DNA of 46,404 bases from an uncultured Verrucomicrobiales bacterium. Lineage in GTDB: Bacteria; Verrucomicrobiota; Verrucomicrobiia; Verrucomicrobiales; DEV007. Within the stretch, counting starts at the first letter, position 1; each line of letters opens with the position of its first letter. The notes beneath the pieces were generated by a model, which saw only the letters and a list, made by a program, of their open reading frames with translations, was not told the origin of the DNA and made no database searches. This document shows, in pieces, positions 28,498-38,877 of this stretch. Made by a program: the position numbers and the translations under genes. The stretch is from the NCBI GenBank assembly GCA_938091905.1, contig CALKOM010000058.1, forward strand, positions 1 through 46,404, in the 5' to 3' direction.

Positions 28498-30099
28498 CTA
28501 GCCCTCCGAGTTGGCCGTTAGGCCCTCAAGCTCTAATTTTTTCTCGCCATGCCCACGCCAATTAAACTGGCGGATCTTCATCAAGCGCACGTAGGGCTTA
28601 CTTCCAGGATGGTTTGCATCCACCTCCCAGCGAACATCGACGATAGGGAAGTAGAGCAAGAGCCACTTGAGCTGTGTATCCAGCTCCTGGCCATAAGTGC
28701 TGAACTTGGGAATGAAGCTGAAGCCGCCATTGAGCTCATCCACGGGGGCATCGATTTTATAACACCATTTCTCGTCGCTTCCGGGTACATCATCTGTGAA
28801 GTCGTGAGCACGCCTCAGAATAACATTAAAGGTTTTGATTTGACCTTTGCCATCTGGTCCGACCTCGGGATTACTTAGGAAGGTTTCAAGATGAGCGTCC
28901 TTGAACTGCACATAGGCTTCCCAATCAGTTTGAAATCCGGTGGAGGTTTCCTCGACAGTCATTGGGAACGAGCCCTTGTTAGTGTCTGTGATGACTTTGA
29001 ATAGATAGAACTGGTAATTGGAGTTAGGAAGTTTCTGCTTATGCTGGAAGGTTATCTCGGAAACCTCCTCTGGAGCGTAAGGCCTAAACTTGTAATAGGC
29101 TGCCATCTTGGCGCGAAGCGCGTCTCCCTGAAGAGATTTTTCAACTAACATTTCCCAGCTCGGTGCTTTCAGGTAGCTTTCCAAGAACCCTTTGGGCTCG
29201 TCTAGAATGCCTTCAATGTCTGCAAATGCTGGGTCTTCCTCGATGGGATCTAGTTCAGGCTCGTCAATCAGTCTTGGCGCGGTGTTGTTGGCCAAATGCC
29301 CATTGGCAGGAGCAAGCGGTAGTGGCTCGACGTCGACCTTGGCGTCCGTGGGGTTGCCATCTTGCTTTGCTGGAGGATCAGCGTTGATCGAGGCAGTCTC
29401 TGGAACGTCTATCTGTGAGGATTGAAGAATTTCTTTGATCTTTGGAAGGGCGAAGGCTCCTCCAGCAATTAATCCGACGACAGCAAGAATTCCGATCAAC
29501 TTGCCTAGGCTTGGTTTGGACTTCTTCTGTGTAACTGAACGACGCTCTCGGGAGTTCCTTCGCGAGCTGTGGCCCTTTAATAAATTGGTTTCTGGCGCAA
29601 GTTTTCCGCCTAGTGGAGAGACCGGAAGGGGCGTCGAGGATGTGACGTTCGGATCAGATCCAGTCTCCTTCAAGCCTACTGGTTGCCGAGGAGCGGGCAT
29701 CGCCTGAGCCGGCGGAGTGGACATGGGTGGCTCTAGAGGAGGTATTGCCTGAGCTGTCGTTGCCTGCTGAACGAGAGGCTGCTGGGCCAAGGGAGGGAGC
29801 TGCTGGGCCAAGGGAGGGAGATGCTGGGCCAAGGGAGGGACAGAAAGTGGCGAAGCTGCCTGCGGGGGCACCACTTGTGCTGGGGACGACTGCCGAACAG
29901 GAGCCGCTGCTGGAGGTGCCGCTTGCTGTGGTGGGGGGACTGCCGAGGCTTGCGAAGGTGAAGCCTTAAATTGGGGCGCCGTCAGTTGGTTCTGACAGGT
30001 CGGACATGGACCGGTGACGCCAGCCATGGCGACCGGGACTGAGAGTTGCGTCTGACAGCTCGGGCAGGCAAAGCTGATGGTGGTAGATGAAAGAACCAT
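28498..30099 (-). CDS. Membrane-anchored hypothetical protein: Zn-ribbon, Pro/Gln-rich linker, TM, extracytoplasmic domain
   Basis: CPSC...CPTC at the N-terminus; TM LIGILAVVGLIAGGAFAL; globular C-terminus containing DWEAYVQ. Confidence 0.85.
   Translation of the reverse strand: MVLSSTTISFACPSCQTQLSVPVAMAGVTGPCPTCQNQLTAPQFKASPSQASAVPPPQQAAPPAAAPVRQSSPAQVVPPQAASPLSVPPLAQHLPPLAQQLPPLAQQPLVQQATTAQAIPPLEPPMSTPPAQAMPAPRQPVGLKETGSDPNVTSSTPLPVSPLGGKLAPETNLLKGHSSRRNSRERRSVTQKKSKPSLGKLIGILAVVGLIAGGAFALPKIKEILQSSQIDVPETASINADPPAKQDGNPTDAKVDVEPLPLAPANGHLANNTAPRLIDEPELDPIEEDPAFADIEGILDEPKGFLESYLKAPSWEMLVEKSLQGDALRAKMAAYYKFRPYAPEEVSEITFQHKQKLPNSNYQFYLFKVITDTNKGSFPMTVEETSTGFQTDWEAYVQFKDAHLETFLSNPEVGPDGKGQIKTFNVILRRAHDFTDDVPGSDEKWCYKIDAPVDELNGGFSFIPKFSTYGQELDTQLKWLLLYFPIVDVRWEVDANHPGSKPYVRLMKIRQFNWRGHGEKKLELEGLTANSEG
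29778..29840. repeat. 21-bp x3 coding tandem repeat (PPLAQ[H/Q]L)
   Basis: G(C/A)TGCTGGGCCAAGGGAGGGA three times, one mismatch. Confidence 0.95.
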
Positions 30100-30112
30100 T
30101 CCGAAGTAATTT

Positions 30113-30127
30113 TGGAATAGTATTCCA
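30113..30127. promoter_or_regulatory. Operator-like perfect 7-1-7 palindrome
   Basis: TGGAATA-G-TATTCCA, 13 bp upstream of ATG 30099. Confidence 0.5.
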
Positions 30128-30232
30128 TCGACTTAATTAACTGTAAAAGCTAAAATCATTAGATTTAAGAAAGATCATTCTGCTGGAGGCCTATCGGAGC
30201 CTGGATCTTCCTATTTCGGGTCGAGAAGTTCT

Positions 30233-30748
30233 CTACTTCTTAAAATTCAGCTGATTTCCGTTCAATTTTGTGCCCTTCTTCTCCAGGAGTTCAGGATGTT
30301 CGAAGATCTCTTTGTGTAACTTGGGTATCGTTGTGGGGTCGACATCGGTCTTAGCAATGCGGTGTGCCTTGCCCTGCTCGTCGTAAACAGTCTTCAGCAC
30401 ACGAACCACCGAGTCCTTCATGTCACGGACCTGCTCCGTGTCGAGCCGGTCGAGTTCGTCGTAGGTATACTTGAACTTGAACAGCGGCCGACCTGAGCCG
30501 TCGAAGGCTAGACCGGATTTTACTTTCCCGGCGCGATCGAGTTGAAAGATACGCTTCATCTTGAGCACCCCGCCAATGTCGTAGGTCTGCTGCTCCATGG
30601 TACGCTTTACGAAGTCGCGGTTGGAGAGAGTCTTTGTTTCGTCGTTGTGGATGATAGTGCTAACTACCCGCGACAGTCGACCCTGTGCCTGGACGCTATA
30701 GGAAAGGAGAGTGGTGGTGAGGGCGACAGCGCAAAGAATTAATCTCAT
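30233..30748 (-). CDS. Secreted hypothetical protein with YD-like beta repeats
   Basis: Signal peptide ending VQA; YDIGG, LDRAG, FDGSG, YTYDELDRL and YDEQG turns. Confidence 0.8.
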   Translation of the reverse strand: MRLILCAVALTTTLLSYSVQAQGRLSRVVSTIIHNDETKTLSNRDFVKRTMEQQTYDIGGVLKMKRIFQLDRAGKVKSGLAFDGSGRPLFKFKYTYDELDRLDTEQVRDMKDSVVRVLKTVYDEQGKAHRIAKTDVDPTTIPKLHKEIFEHPELLEKKGTKLNGNQLNFKK

Positions 30749-30785
30749 GTTCTAAAGTAATAGCTAAAGCTTGAGCCTTTCAAGC

Positions 30786-31754
30786 TCAGAGTTCAGGATC
30801 GTTGAGGGCGTCGGCTTGACGGTACAGCTCAGTAGGAATCAGTTGCTCAGCGGGCACGTCTTCTCCTTCAAAGTAAGCGATGATGGTCTTTGCTGTCTGG
30901 CGCCCCAAGCGATCGGGGAACTGGATGGGATCAGCGAAGATCTTACCATCTTTGATCGCACGCTTCCCTTCAGGCTGGCCATCAAAGGCGATGATTTTCA
31001 CTTGGTCAGCTTTGCCAGCTTCCTCAAGTGCTGAATAGGCCCCCAAGGCAGAAGGATCGTTGATGGCGAAGATTCCCGACAAGTCTGGATAACTTTGCAA
31101 TGCTGCCTGAGTCGTTTCGCGTCCTTTGATCTTCTGGCCAGCTCCTGGCAGCTCTGCCACGATGGCGATCTTGCTGGTGGCAGTTGCATTGTGCTTATTA
31201 ATAACATCCTTGAACCCTTGCACGCGAAGGAGGCAGGATTCGACCTCGCGTTTGTCGAGAACGAGCACTTTGCCGCCCGCTTCTCCAAGTGCCTCTATCA
31301 TTGCTTGTCCTGCCATGCGGCCTCCTTGAAGGTTGTCCGAGGCGATGTGAGAGACCACTTTAGCTTCTGGAGCAAGGCATTTGATATCGCAGGTAAACAC
31401 GGGGATCTCTGCCTTGTTGGCCTCCTCGATGGCAGGTCCAATCGATTTGCTATCACAAGGATTGAGGACAATAGCAGCGACTTGTTGGGCAATGAAATTC
31501 TTGATTTGATCGCTCTGCTTCTTTGCGTCCTCATCGCCGCTTACCACAATGACCTCGTAGCCCGCGGCGTTTGCCTCGGCTTTCAAGTTCGAAGAGATGA
31601 CATTGAAAAAGGGATTGTTCGACGTCAGGGTCGAGTAGGCGATGACTTTGGCCGGGCCGTTGCCGCCAGAATCATTTGAACTAGCTCCTTCGTCTTTGGA
31701 GCAGCCGACAAAGATTCCAGTAGCCAGCGAGAGTAGGAAGGTGATCCGTTTCAT
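30786..31754 (-). CDS. Sugar ABC substrate-binding lipoprotein (RbsB-like)
   Basis: Lipobox FVGC; NNPFF, IASDNLQGG, FAIND and IIAFDG motifs. Confidence 0.93.
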   Translation of the reverse strand: MKRITFLLSLATGIFVGCSKDEGASSNDSGGNGPAKVIAYSTLTSNNPFFNVISSNLKAEANAAGYEVIVVSGDEDAKKQSDQIKNFIAQQVAAIVLNPCDSKSIGPAIEEANKAEIPVFTCDIKCLAPEAKVVSHIASDNLQGGRMAGQAMIEALGEAGGKVLVLDKREVESCLLRVQGFKDVINKHNATATSKIAIVAELPGAGQKIKGRETTQAALQSYPDLSGIFAINDPSALGAYSALEEAGKADQVKIIAFDGQPEGKRAIKDGKIFADPIQFPDRLGRQTAKTIIAYFEGEDVPAEQLIPTELYRQADALNDPEL

Positions 31755-31824
31755 GTTCTTGATCTAGGAGAGCTAAGTCGACGTTGTAAAGCTGGAACTC
31801 TGTAGATTGTCTCGACAGTGTTAG

Positions 31825-32670
31825 TTAATCTCTGAACACGATCGTCTTGTTCCCATGAATGATCACTCGATCATCAGAATGGTAACGAACTGCTCGGGAG
31901 AGGGCTAAACACTCGCAGTCTCGACCCAGACGGACGAGGTCTTCAGGAGTGTGGAAGTGCTCTACCCGAGCGACTTCCTGATCAATGATCGGTCCGGCAT
32001 CGAGATCAGAAGTCACGTAGTGGGCCGTGGCACCGATGATCTTAACCCCACGCTGAAAGGCTTGCTTGTATGGATTTGCCCCGATGAATGCAGGTAGGAA
32101 CGAATGGTGAATATTGATTGCGCGTCCTCGAAAGGTTTCGCAGAAGGCCGGCGGAAGAATTTGCATGAAACGTGCAAGTATTAGGAGATTGGCCCCGGAG
32201 TCATCGATCGCCTCCTGATAGGTTTCAAATGAAGCCTCCTTGTTTCCCTTCTCGACGGGAATATGGCGGAATGGGATGCCGTAGCGATCCGCAATCGGCT
32301 CGAGATCGGTTCTATTGCCCAAGATAATGGGCACCTCAAGTTGGAGATCACCCGAGTAGGTCCGGGCTAGCAGATCCTGGAGACAATGGGCTGCCTTGGT
32401 CACGAGAATTGCCGTGCGGGTCTTCTCGCCTGGCGTGCGGAACTCCCACGACGCGTTGATTGAGCGACCAAGGGACTCGAAGGTGTTGACCATACTACGC
32501 TGTTTGTCGTCTGAATCTCCAACGTCGATGTGGATCCGGATGAAGAACCATTCGTCGATCGGGTCGGTGAATTGAGACATCTCCAAGATGTTTCCTCCCG
32601 ACACCGAGATGAAATTGGCCAAGGTGGCGACCAGGCCAGGGCGGTCAGGACACGAGAGTTTCAGGATCAT
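31825..32670 (-). CDS. purU: Formyltetrahydrofolate deformylase
   Basis: ACT domain SCPDRPGLVA; LARFMQIL, NIHHSFLPAFIGANPY, GVKIIGATAHYVT. Start ATG 32670 gives 281 aa. Confidence 0.97.
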   Translation of the reverse strand: MILKLSCPDRPGLVATLANFISVSGGNILEMSQFTDPIDEWFFIRIHIDVGDSDDKQRSMVNTFESLGRSINASWEFRTPGEKTRTAILVTKAAHCLQDLLARTYSGDLQLEVPIILGNRTDLEPIADRYGIPFRHIPVEKGNKEASFETYQEAIDDSGANLLILARFMQILPPAFCETFRGRAINIHHSFLPAFIGANPYKQAFQRGVKIIGATAHYVTSDLDAGPIIDQEVARVEHFHTPEDLVRLGRDCECLALSRAVRYHSDDRVIIHGNKTIVFRD

Positions 32671-32784
32671 TCGTCCCAAATAAGTCCCTGCTTTGGGGGT
32701 GCAACCACAAATGCTCGATTCCATGAGAGATTCAGTTGCTAAACCCTCCTCGAAATCTAGGGTCACGCCCCACCAGCGCACCCT

Positions 32785-34611
32785 ATGATTGATCCCAAGA
32801 ATATTCGCAACATTGCCATTATCGCCCACGTCGACCACGGCAAGACAACCCTGGTCGATGAGCTACTCAAGGCAGCAGGCACTTTCCGCGATAATCAGGT
32901 CGTGGAGGAGCGCGTGATGGATAGCATGGATCTCGAGCGTGAGAAGGGAATCACGATCAAAGCCAAGAACACGTCGATCTTGTGGGACGACAAAGTGATC
33001 AACATCGTCGATACTCCAGGCCACGCTGACTTTGGTGCCGAGGTGGAACGTGTCATGAAGATGGTCGACGGCGTTCTCCTGGTGGTGGATGCCTATGAAG
33101 GGCCTCAGGCGCAAACGCGCTTTGTCTTGAGAAAGGCGCTTCAGCAGGGGCTCAACCCGCTCGTTGTTATCAATAAGATTGATCGCGAGAATGCGGACGT
33201 GGCGGCTTGTCACGATAAAGTGCTAGAACTTTTTATGGAGCTAGAGGCGACGGACGAGCAATTCAATGCGCCGTTTCTCTATGCGTCAGCCCGTGACGGA
33301 TATGCGATGCGTGAGCTTGATGATGCGCGGGATAGCCTGGTTCCGTTGATTGAGACCGTATTGGACAAAGTGCCCTCTCCCGAAGTTCAGCGGGAGGGCG
33401 AGTTTCAGATGCTCGTGTCTAACATCGGCTGGGATGACTATGTCGGACGAATTGCCATTGGGCGCATCCAGCAGGGACAAGTGGAAACGGGCGATCAAGT
33501 ATACGTGGTAGGGAAGGATGGTAAACGTATCCGGGCAAAAATTACGAAGGTGTTCGAATACTCTGGCTTGGGTGTTAGTCAGTCGGCTACAGGCGTCGCT
33601 GGAAACATTGTCGGCATTGCTGGATTTGAAGAAGTAGACATCGGAGTGACCATTTGTGGCGGGCTGGAGACTCCTGGGCTGCCCTTCGTGGAAATCGATC
33701 CAGCTACGATTCAAATGGAATTCGCCATCAATGATGGGCCGTATGCAGGCAAGGAAGGCAAGTATGTCACTTCTCGTCAGATTCGCGATCGTCTTGATCG
33801 CGAGACGCGGACGAACATTTCTATTCAAGTCGAAGACGCTGAGAAAGGAGGTACGTTCCGTGTTAGCGCTCGAGGATCTATGCAGATAGCTGTCCTTGTG
33901 GAGCAAATGCGTCGCGAGGGGTTCGAGGTGCTTGTTTCCCGCCCGACGGTGATTACTAAGCGGGATGCCGACGGTAAGTTGTTAGAGCCATACGAGACGA
34001 TCTATCTCGAAGTGCCGGAGGAGTGTGTCGGAGGCGTCATGAGCGCTCTCAACAATCGACGCGGCCGCATGGACGACATGAAGCCTACGGGATTCGGAAC
34101 GATGATCGAGGCGACCATCTCGACGCGAGGTCTCATCGGATTTGAGTTTGAGTTAGTGAATCTCACGAGTGGTCGCGGGATTATGTCTCACCTCTTTAAG
34201 GAGTACGCGCCTTTCGCTGGCGAGATTACAACGCGGATTACGGGAACACTTGTTTCCATGGAGACGGGTGTCACCACGGCTTACTCACTTGCTGCCATCG
34301 AGGAGCGAGGAAAACTTTTCGTAGGTCCATCTGAAAAGGTCTACCTAGGCCAGATTGTGGGAGAGAATCCACGTGGTGATGATCTTCCGGTGAATCCGAT
34401 TAAGGAGAAGCATCTTACCAACCACCGGTCCTCTGGCGATGGAAAGGGCATCCAGCTCTCGCCGCCGACCCGCTTCTCTTTGGAGCGTGCGATTGAGTAT
34501 CTTGCTGATGATGAATTTCTTGATGCTACGCCGGAGACCCTCCGGTTGCGGAAGAGGGTGCTCTGTCCGCACGAGCGTCGGCGTATCGCGCGCGGAAAAA
34601 AGACGGCTTAG
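32785..34611 (+). CDS. typA: Translational GTPase TypA/BipA
   Basis: [34 protein letters not shown]-terminal LRLRK. Confidence 0.99.
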   Translation: MIDPKNIRNIAIIAHVDHGKTTLVDELLKAAGTFRDNQVVEERVMDSMDLEREKGITIKAKNTSILWDDKVINIVDTPGHADFGAEVERVMKMVDGVLLVVDAYEGPQAQTRFVLRKALQQGLNPLVVINKIDRENADVAACHDKVLELFMELEATDEQFNAPFLYASARDGYAMRELDDARDSLVPLIETVLDKVPSPEVQREGEFQMLVSNIGWDDYVGRIAIGRIQQGQVETGDQVYVVGKDGKRIRAKITKVFEYSGLGVSQSATGVAGNIVGIAGFEEVDIGVTICGGLETPGLPFVEIDPATIQMEFAINDGPYAGKEGKYVTSRQIRDRLDRETRTNISIQVEDAEKGGTFRVSARGSMQIAVLVEQMRREGFEVLVSRPTVITKRDADGKLLEPYETIYLEVPEECVGGVMSALNNRRGRMDDMKPTGFGTMIEATISTRGLIGFEFELVNLTSGRGIMSHLFKEYAPFAGEITTRITGTLVSMETGVTTAYSLAAIEERGKLFVGPSEKVYLGQIVGENPRGDDLPVNPIKEKHLTNHRSSGDGKGIQLSPPTRFSLERAIEYLADDEFLDATPETLRLRKRVLCPHERRRIARGKKTA

Positions 34612-34616
34612 TGTTG

Positions 34617-34654
34617 CATCGATTTAATCGATGTTTATTTTTAAAGCATCGATT
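34617..34654. repeat. Overlapping ATCGAT palindromes after typA (terminator or operator candidate)
   Basis: CATCGATT-T-AATCGATG (34617-34633); AATCGATG (34626-34633) can alternatively pair with CATCGATT (34647-34654). Confidence 0.5.
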
Positions 34655-34687
34655 GGAGTATGGTGTCGTCGTATCGATGGTAAAGGG

Positions 34688-35386
34688 GTGACGTCCTCTC
34701 CCTCTCCTCGCATTCGCTGGTTTGTCGTGCTTCTGGCTCTTGTCGTGCCGTTTTTGATGTCGTTGATCTACTTTGTTCTCTTGCCAGGGACTTGGTTAGG
34801 GAACGGCTTGTATGTGGTGATGAAGATCATGCTTGTGGTTTGGCCTGCTGTAGCAACACTTTTGATTCTTAGGGAGCGGCTTGATCTCGGTTTGAGCAAT
34901 GGATGGCGTCTTGCCATGGTTGGAGTCGGCTGGGGTCTTGGTATCGTCACGCTGATGCTAGGGCTCATGGTGACCCCTCTTGGAGATATCATCCGTGCGG
35001 GTGCTGACAACATTCAGACGAAGGTTGAGGGTATGGGCGTGCTGGACCACTTTGTGTGGTTTGCGCTCTTCCTCTCCGTGATTCATTCCCTCATTGAAGA
35101 AGTCTATTGGCGCCGATTTGTTGCCGGAAATCTTCTCCACCTAGTCTCGCCTTGGAAGGCACATCTGATCGCTGGGATCGGTTTCAGCGCCCATCATATT
35201 GTGGTCGTGTCACAGTTCTTTCCGCTGGGTATGGCCTTCTTTCTCGGGAGCTGCGTGGGCATCGGAGGCGTGCTGTGGAGTGTTCTCATGGTGAAGCAAC
35301 GTTCTCTGTTAGGTGCGTGGATGAGCCACATGGTCGTGGATATCGGTATCATGATCATTGGGGCACGACTCATGGGCTTGCTCTAG
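34688..35386 (+). CDS. CPBP family intramembrane glutamic endopeptidase (CAAX/Abi)
   Basis: Multi-TM protein with EEVYWR, FSAHH and SHMVVD motifs. Start is GTG 34688 or ATG 34631. Confidence 0.9.
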   Translation: MTSSPSPRIRWFVVLLALVVPFLMSLIYFVLLPGTWLGNGLYVVMKIMLVVWPAVATLLILRERLDLGLSNGWRLAMVGVGWGLGIVTLMLGLMVTPLGDIIRAGADNIQTKVEGMGVLDHFVWFALFLSVIHSLIEEVYWRRFVAGNLLHLVSPWKAHLIAGIGFSAHHIVVVSQFFPLGMAFFLGSCVGIGGVLWSVLMVKQRSLLGAWMSHMVVDIGIMIIGARLMGLL

Positions 35387-35411
35387 AGGAGTCCTGCGGT
35401 TAACGGGAGCG

Positions 35412-37310
35412 ATGGCTAACCAACCGGCGCTTCTATCTGCTCACGAGCTAACGCTATCTTTCGGCATGCATCGGGTGTTGGATGGCGCGACAGTGGCTGT
35501 CTATCCCGAGGAGAAGATTGGGGTGGTGGGCAGGAATGGATCGGGCAAGACCAGTCTACTAAGAATCTTAGGTGGCGAAGAAGCGCCTGATGATGGGCAG
35601 GTATCTAGGAGGAATCGCTTGGTCGTGGGCTACCTTTCCCAGGAGTTCACCCTTCTTGAAGATGCTTCAGTCTTGGAGAACGTACGTGCGGGAGCAGCCG
35701 ATATCCTCTCGCTTATCGAGCGGTATGAAGGTGGGCAAGCGACCTCTGAACAGCTTACCGATTTAGCCGACGAGATCGAAGCCGTGGATGGATGGAACCT
35801 TGATCAGCGTATCGAAACGCTCTTTCAGAAGCTAAACCTACCTCCCAAGGATCGAGTCGTGAGATATTTGTCAGGAGGAGAGAAGCGTCGAGTCGCGTTG
35901 GCTCGAGCGTTGGTGGCCCAACCAGAGCTGCTGATTCTTGATGAGCCCACGAACCATCTGGATACCGAGACGATCAACTGGTTAGAGGACTACCTGATGG
36001 CTTATCGCGGAGCTTGTCTCTTCGTCACGCACGATCGCTACTTCCTTGATCGTCTAGCCACGCGCATTGTCGAAGTGGCCGAAGGTCGTTGTTTCACTCA
36101 TGAGGGAAACTACGGCGAGTATCTTGAGGCCAAAGCCGTGCGCCAGCAGCAACAGCAGAACACGGAGCGCAAGAGACAGTCCTTTCTACGACGTGAACTC
36201 GACTGGGTGAGGGCTGGAGTCAAAGCGCGTACAACCAAGTCACGTAGTCGGTTGGACAATTTCTACGTGATCAAGGGAAAAGCTGCTCCGACAGAAGAGT
36301 TGAACGTGGATCTTATCATCCCCGAACCTCCTGGCCTTGGAAACGTGGTTGTTGAAGCAAAGAACGTTAGCATTCAGTTAGCGGATTCCATACTCTTCTC
36401 TGGTTTCAACGTTGTGCTGGAGAGTAATACCGTGACTGGGGTTGTCGGGCGCAATGGATTGGGGAAAACAACGTTGCTCAAGCTACTCATGGGTGAGTTG
36501 GAGCCGACCGAAGGGACTATCAAGATTGGCAAGCGCACATTGTTTAACTATGTCGATCAGAATCGCGTGGCGCTAGATCCGGAGTCTACGGTCATCGATG
36601 AGGTATCGGATCAAGCCGATATGGTTCAGTTAGGGAATGAACAAGTGAGTGTGCGTGGGTATCTCCGTCGGTTTCTCTTTACGGATGAACGCATCAACAC
36701 TCGTGTGGACCTGTTGTCTGGAGGAGAGAAGAGCCGACTCATGCTCGCCAAGATTTTGCGTCGGACGGGTAATGTGCTCATTCTGGATGAACCGACTAAC
36801 GATCTCGATCTTCCCACGCTGCGTTTACTGGAGGAGGCGTTGTTAGGATTTCAAGGAAGCGTCATCGTGGTGAGTCACGATCGCTATTTCTTGGACCGTG
36901 TCTGTGATCGAATCATCGCCTTTGAAGGGAATGGCTACGTGCATGTCTCCGAGGGGAATTATAGCTATTACGTGAGCAAGCGTGAGGAGCGCGAGCGCGC
37001 TTGGAAAGCCCAAGCTTCCGCCAGTGCGAAGCCTGGAAAGAGGCGTTCAGCGGATAGGCTTCCTAAGTTGACCTGGAAAGAAGAGCGTGAACTTGGAGCC
37101 ATGGAAGAGACGATCCTGGAAGCCGAGGGTGTCGTCGAGTCTCTACAGGAGCAATTGAATGATCCTAACTTTTACGTCGAGCGGGCAGGGGACGTGGCCA
37201 AGGTAACGGCCGATCTTGAGGCCAAGCGTCTGGAAGTGGCCGGTCTCTACGAACGCTGGGAGACCCTTGAAGAGAAACGAAAAGCATTCGAAGGGGCAAA
37301 GTTTTCCTGA
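35412..37310 (+). CDS. uup: ABC-F family ATPase, Uup-like
   Basis: Two ABC domains (GRNGSGKT, LSGGEKRR, LDEPTNHLD; GRNGLGKT, LSGGEKSR, LDEPTNDLD), no TM segments, C-terminal coiled coil KLTWKEEREL...YERWETL. Confidence 0.9.
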   Translation: MANQPALLSAHELTLSFGMHRVLDGATVAVYPEEKIGVVGRNGSGKTSLLRILGGEEAPDDGQVSRRNRLVVGYLSQEFTLLEDASVLENVRAGAADILSLIERYEGGQATSEQLTDLADEIEAVDGWNLDQRIETLFQKLNLPPKDRVVRYLSGGEKRRVALARALVAQPELLILDEPTNHLDTETINWLEDYLMAYRGACLFVTHDRYFLDRLATRIVEVAEGRCFTHEGNYGEYLEAKAVRQQQQQNTERKRQSFLRRELDWVRAGVKARTTKSRSRLDNFYVIKGKAAPTEELNVDLIIPEPPGLGNVVVEAKNVSIQLADSILFSGFNVVLESNTVTGVVGRNGLGKTTLLKLLMGELEPTEGTIKIGKRTLFNYVDQNRVALDPESTVIDEVSDQADMVQLGNEQVSVRGYLRRFLFTDERINTRVDLLSGGEKSRLMLAKILRRTGNVLILDEPTNDLDLPTLRLLEEALLGFQGSVIVVSHDRYFLDRVCDRIIAFEGNGYVHVSEGNYSYYVSKREERERAWKAQASASAKPGKRRSADRLPKLTWKEERELGAMEETILEAEGVVESLQEQLNDPNFYVERAGDVAKVTADLEAKRLEVAGLYERWETLEEKRKAFEGAKFS

Positions 37311-37375
37311 GTTGACTGAGTCGCGCCACTTCTCAAGTGGCCGGGGGTTTGTAAGAGCCTCTAAGCCCCAACTCT

Positions 37376-38812
37376 ATGGATTCCGAAACGACTCAGACTA
37401 TTATTGGCGGTTCACGCCGCGATTTCATGAAGACGCTTACTGGTGCGACGACTGTGTCGGCGCTTGCTGGAGTGTCCATTCCCCACGTGCATGCGGCCGA
37501 AGGCATTAGCGCCAAGCAGATTGCACTCGTCGGCTGCGGTGGCCGGGGAACGGGTGCTGCTGCTCAGGCTCTAGCGGTCAAAGCGTTGCCAACCAAGTTA
37601 GTTGCGATGGCAGATGTCTTCGAGAATAAGCTGAACGGCAGTGCCAAAGGTCTCGAGCGTAAGTTCTCACGCAGAGAGGAAGACAAAGGGAAATTTGATG
37701 TTGACCCTGAGAATCGCTTCATCGGTTTCGATGGCTACAAGGGGGCCATGGATGTTCTTAGTCCTGGTGACATTGTTATTCTGGCCACGCCGCTCGCTTT
37801 CCGTTGGGTGCATTTTAAGTATGCTATCGACAAAGGGCTTCACGTTTTCATGGAGAAGCCATTGACCGCGGATGCTCCCACTTCTAAAAGAATGTTAGCT
37901 TTGGCAGACGAAGCGGATAAAAAGAATTTGAAAGTGGGAGTGGGCCTGATGGTCCGTCACTGCCGAGGCCGTCGCGAGCTTTGGGATCGCATTCAGAACG
38001 GAGAGATTGGTGATATTATCGCGATGCGTGCTTATCGTCAGCACGGTCCTGTAGCGTCTGCATTCTCAAAGAAGAAGCCGGATGACAAGTCGGAGCTCAG
38101 TTACCAAATCGATCGCTTTCATAGCTTTCTTTGGGCAAGTGGCGGTCTCTTCAATGACTTCTACATTCACCAAATCGATGAGACTTGCTGGATGAAGAAT
38201 GCCTGGCCAGTATCGGCAGTCGCTTCGGGTGGTCGTCACTACCGTGGGATCAAAGACGGACAACCCGATCCATACGGCAATGATTACGTGGATCAGAACT
38301 TCGACACCTACAACGTTGAATATACGTTCGACGATGGCACGAAATTCTTCTTCAACGGACGCACGATGTTTGGCTGTCGTGATGATATGTCGAGCGTGGT
38401 TCACGGGAGCAAACGTTCTGCCATTGTCTCATCGGCGGGTCATACACCTGGGAAAGTGCGGATCTTCCAGGGGCAGTTACAGCCTCGCCGTGGTGGTACG
38501 GTTTGGGCCTACCCGCAGCCTGAAGAGAACCCTTATCAGTTGGAGTGGGATGATTTGGTCGAGGCTATCCGCGATGACTTGCCCTTCAATGAAGTGCGTC
38601 GTGGTGTGCAAGCCAGCCTCGTTTCCAGCATGGGACGCCACGCGGCCCACACGGGGCAGGAGGTGAAATTGAAGAGCTTTCTTGAGCACGAACACGAGTT
38701 TGCACCAGACGCGGATAAGATGACTCTAGACGGCGAAGCTCCTGTCAAAGCCGATGCTGATGGGCGCTATCCGATTCCTATGCCTGGTGTGAATAAGAAG
38801 AGAGAGTATTAA
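37376..38812 (+). CDS. Gfo/Idh/MocA family oxidoreductase, Tat-exported
   Basis: SRRDFMK Tat motif; ALVGCGGRGTGAA and HVFMEKP. Confidence 0.93.
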   Translation: MDSETTQTIIGGSRRDFMKTLTGATTVSALAGVSIPHVHAAEGISAKQIALVGCGGRGTGAAAQALAVKALPTKLVAMADVFENKLNGSAKGLERKFSRREEDKGKFDVDPENRFIGFDGYKGAMDVLSPGDIVILATPLAFRWVHFKYAIDKGLHVFMEKPLTADAPTSKRMLALADEADKKNLKVGVGLMVRHCRGRRELWDRIQNGEIGDIIAMRAYRQHGPVASAFSKKKPDDKSELSYQIDRFHSFLWASGGLFNDFYIHQIDETCWMKNAWPVSAVASGGRHYRGIKDGQPDPYGNDYVDQNFDTYNVEYTFDDGTKFFFNGRTMFGCRDDMSSVVHGSKRSAIVSSAGHTPGKVRIFQGQLQPRRGGTVWAYPQPEENPYQLEWDDLVEAIRDDLPFNEVRRGVQASLVSSMGRHAAHTGQEVKLKSFLEHEHEFAPDADKMTLDGEAPVKADADGRYPIPMPGVNKKREY

Positions 38813-38877
38813 TCTCTCCCTTTATTTGAACATCGCTGGTGGCGATGCCGTCTGTTAGTCTGAGACGGTTCGTCACC

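Noticed and set aside
29778..29840. CRISPR-like repeats
   Set aside because: Contiguous in-frame 21-bp coding repeats without spacers; no cas genes or repeat-spacer arrays were seen anywhere in the window.
32671..32838. Apparent purU/typA overlap
   Set aside because: PurU homology begins at ATG 32670; the extension is spurious.
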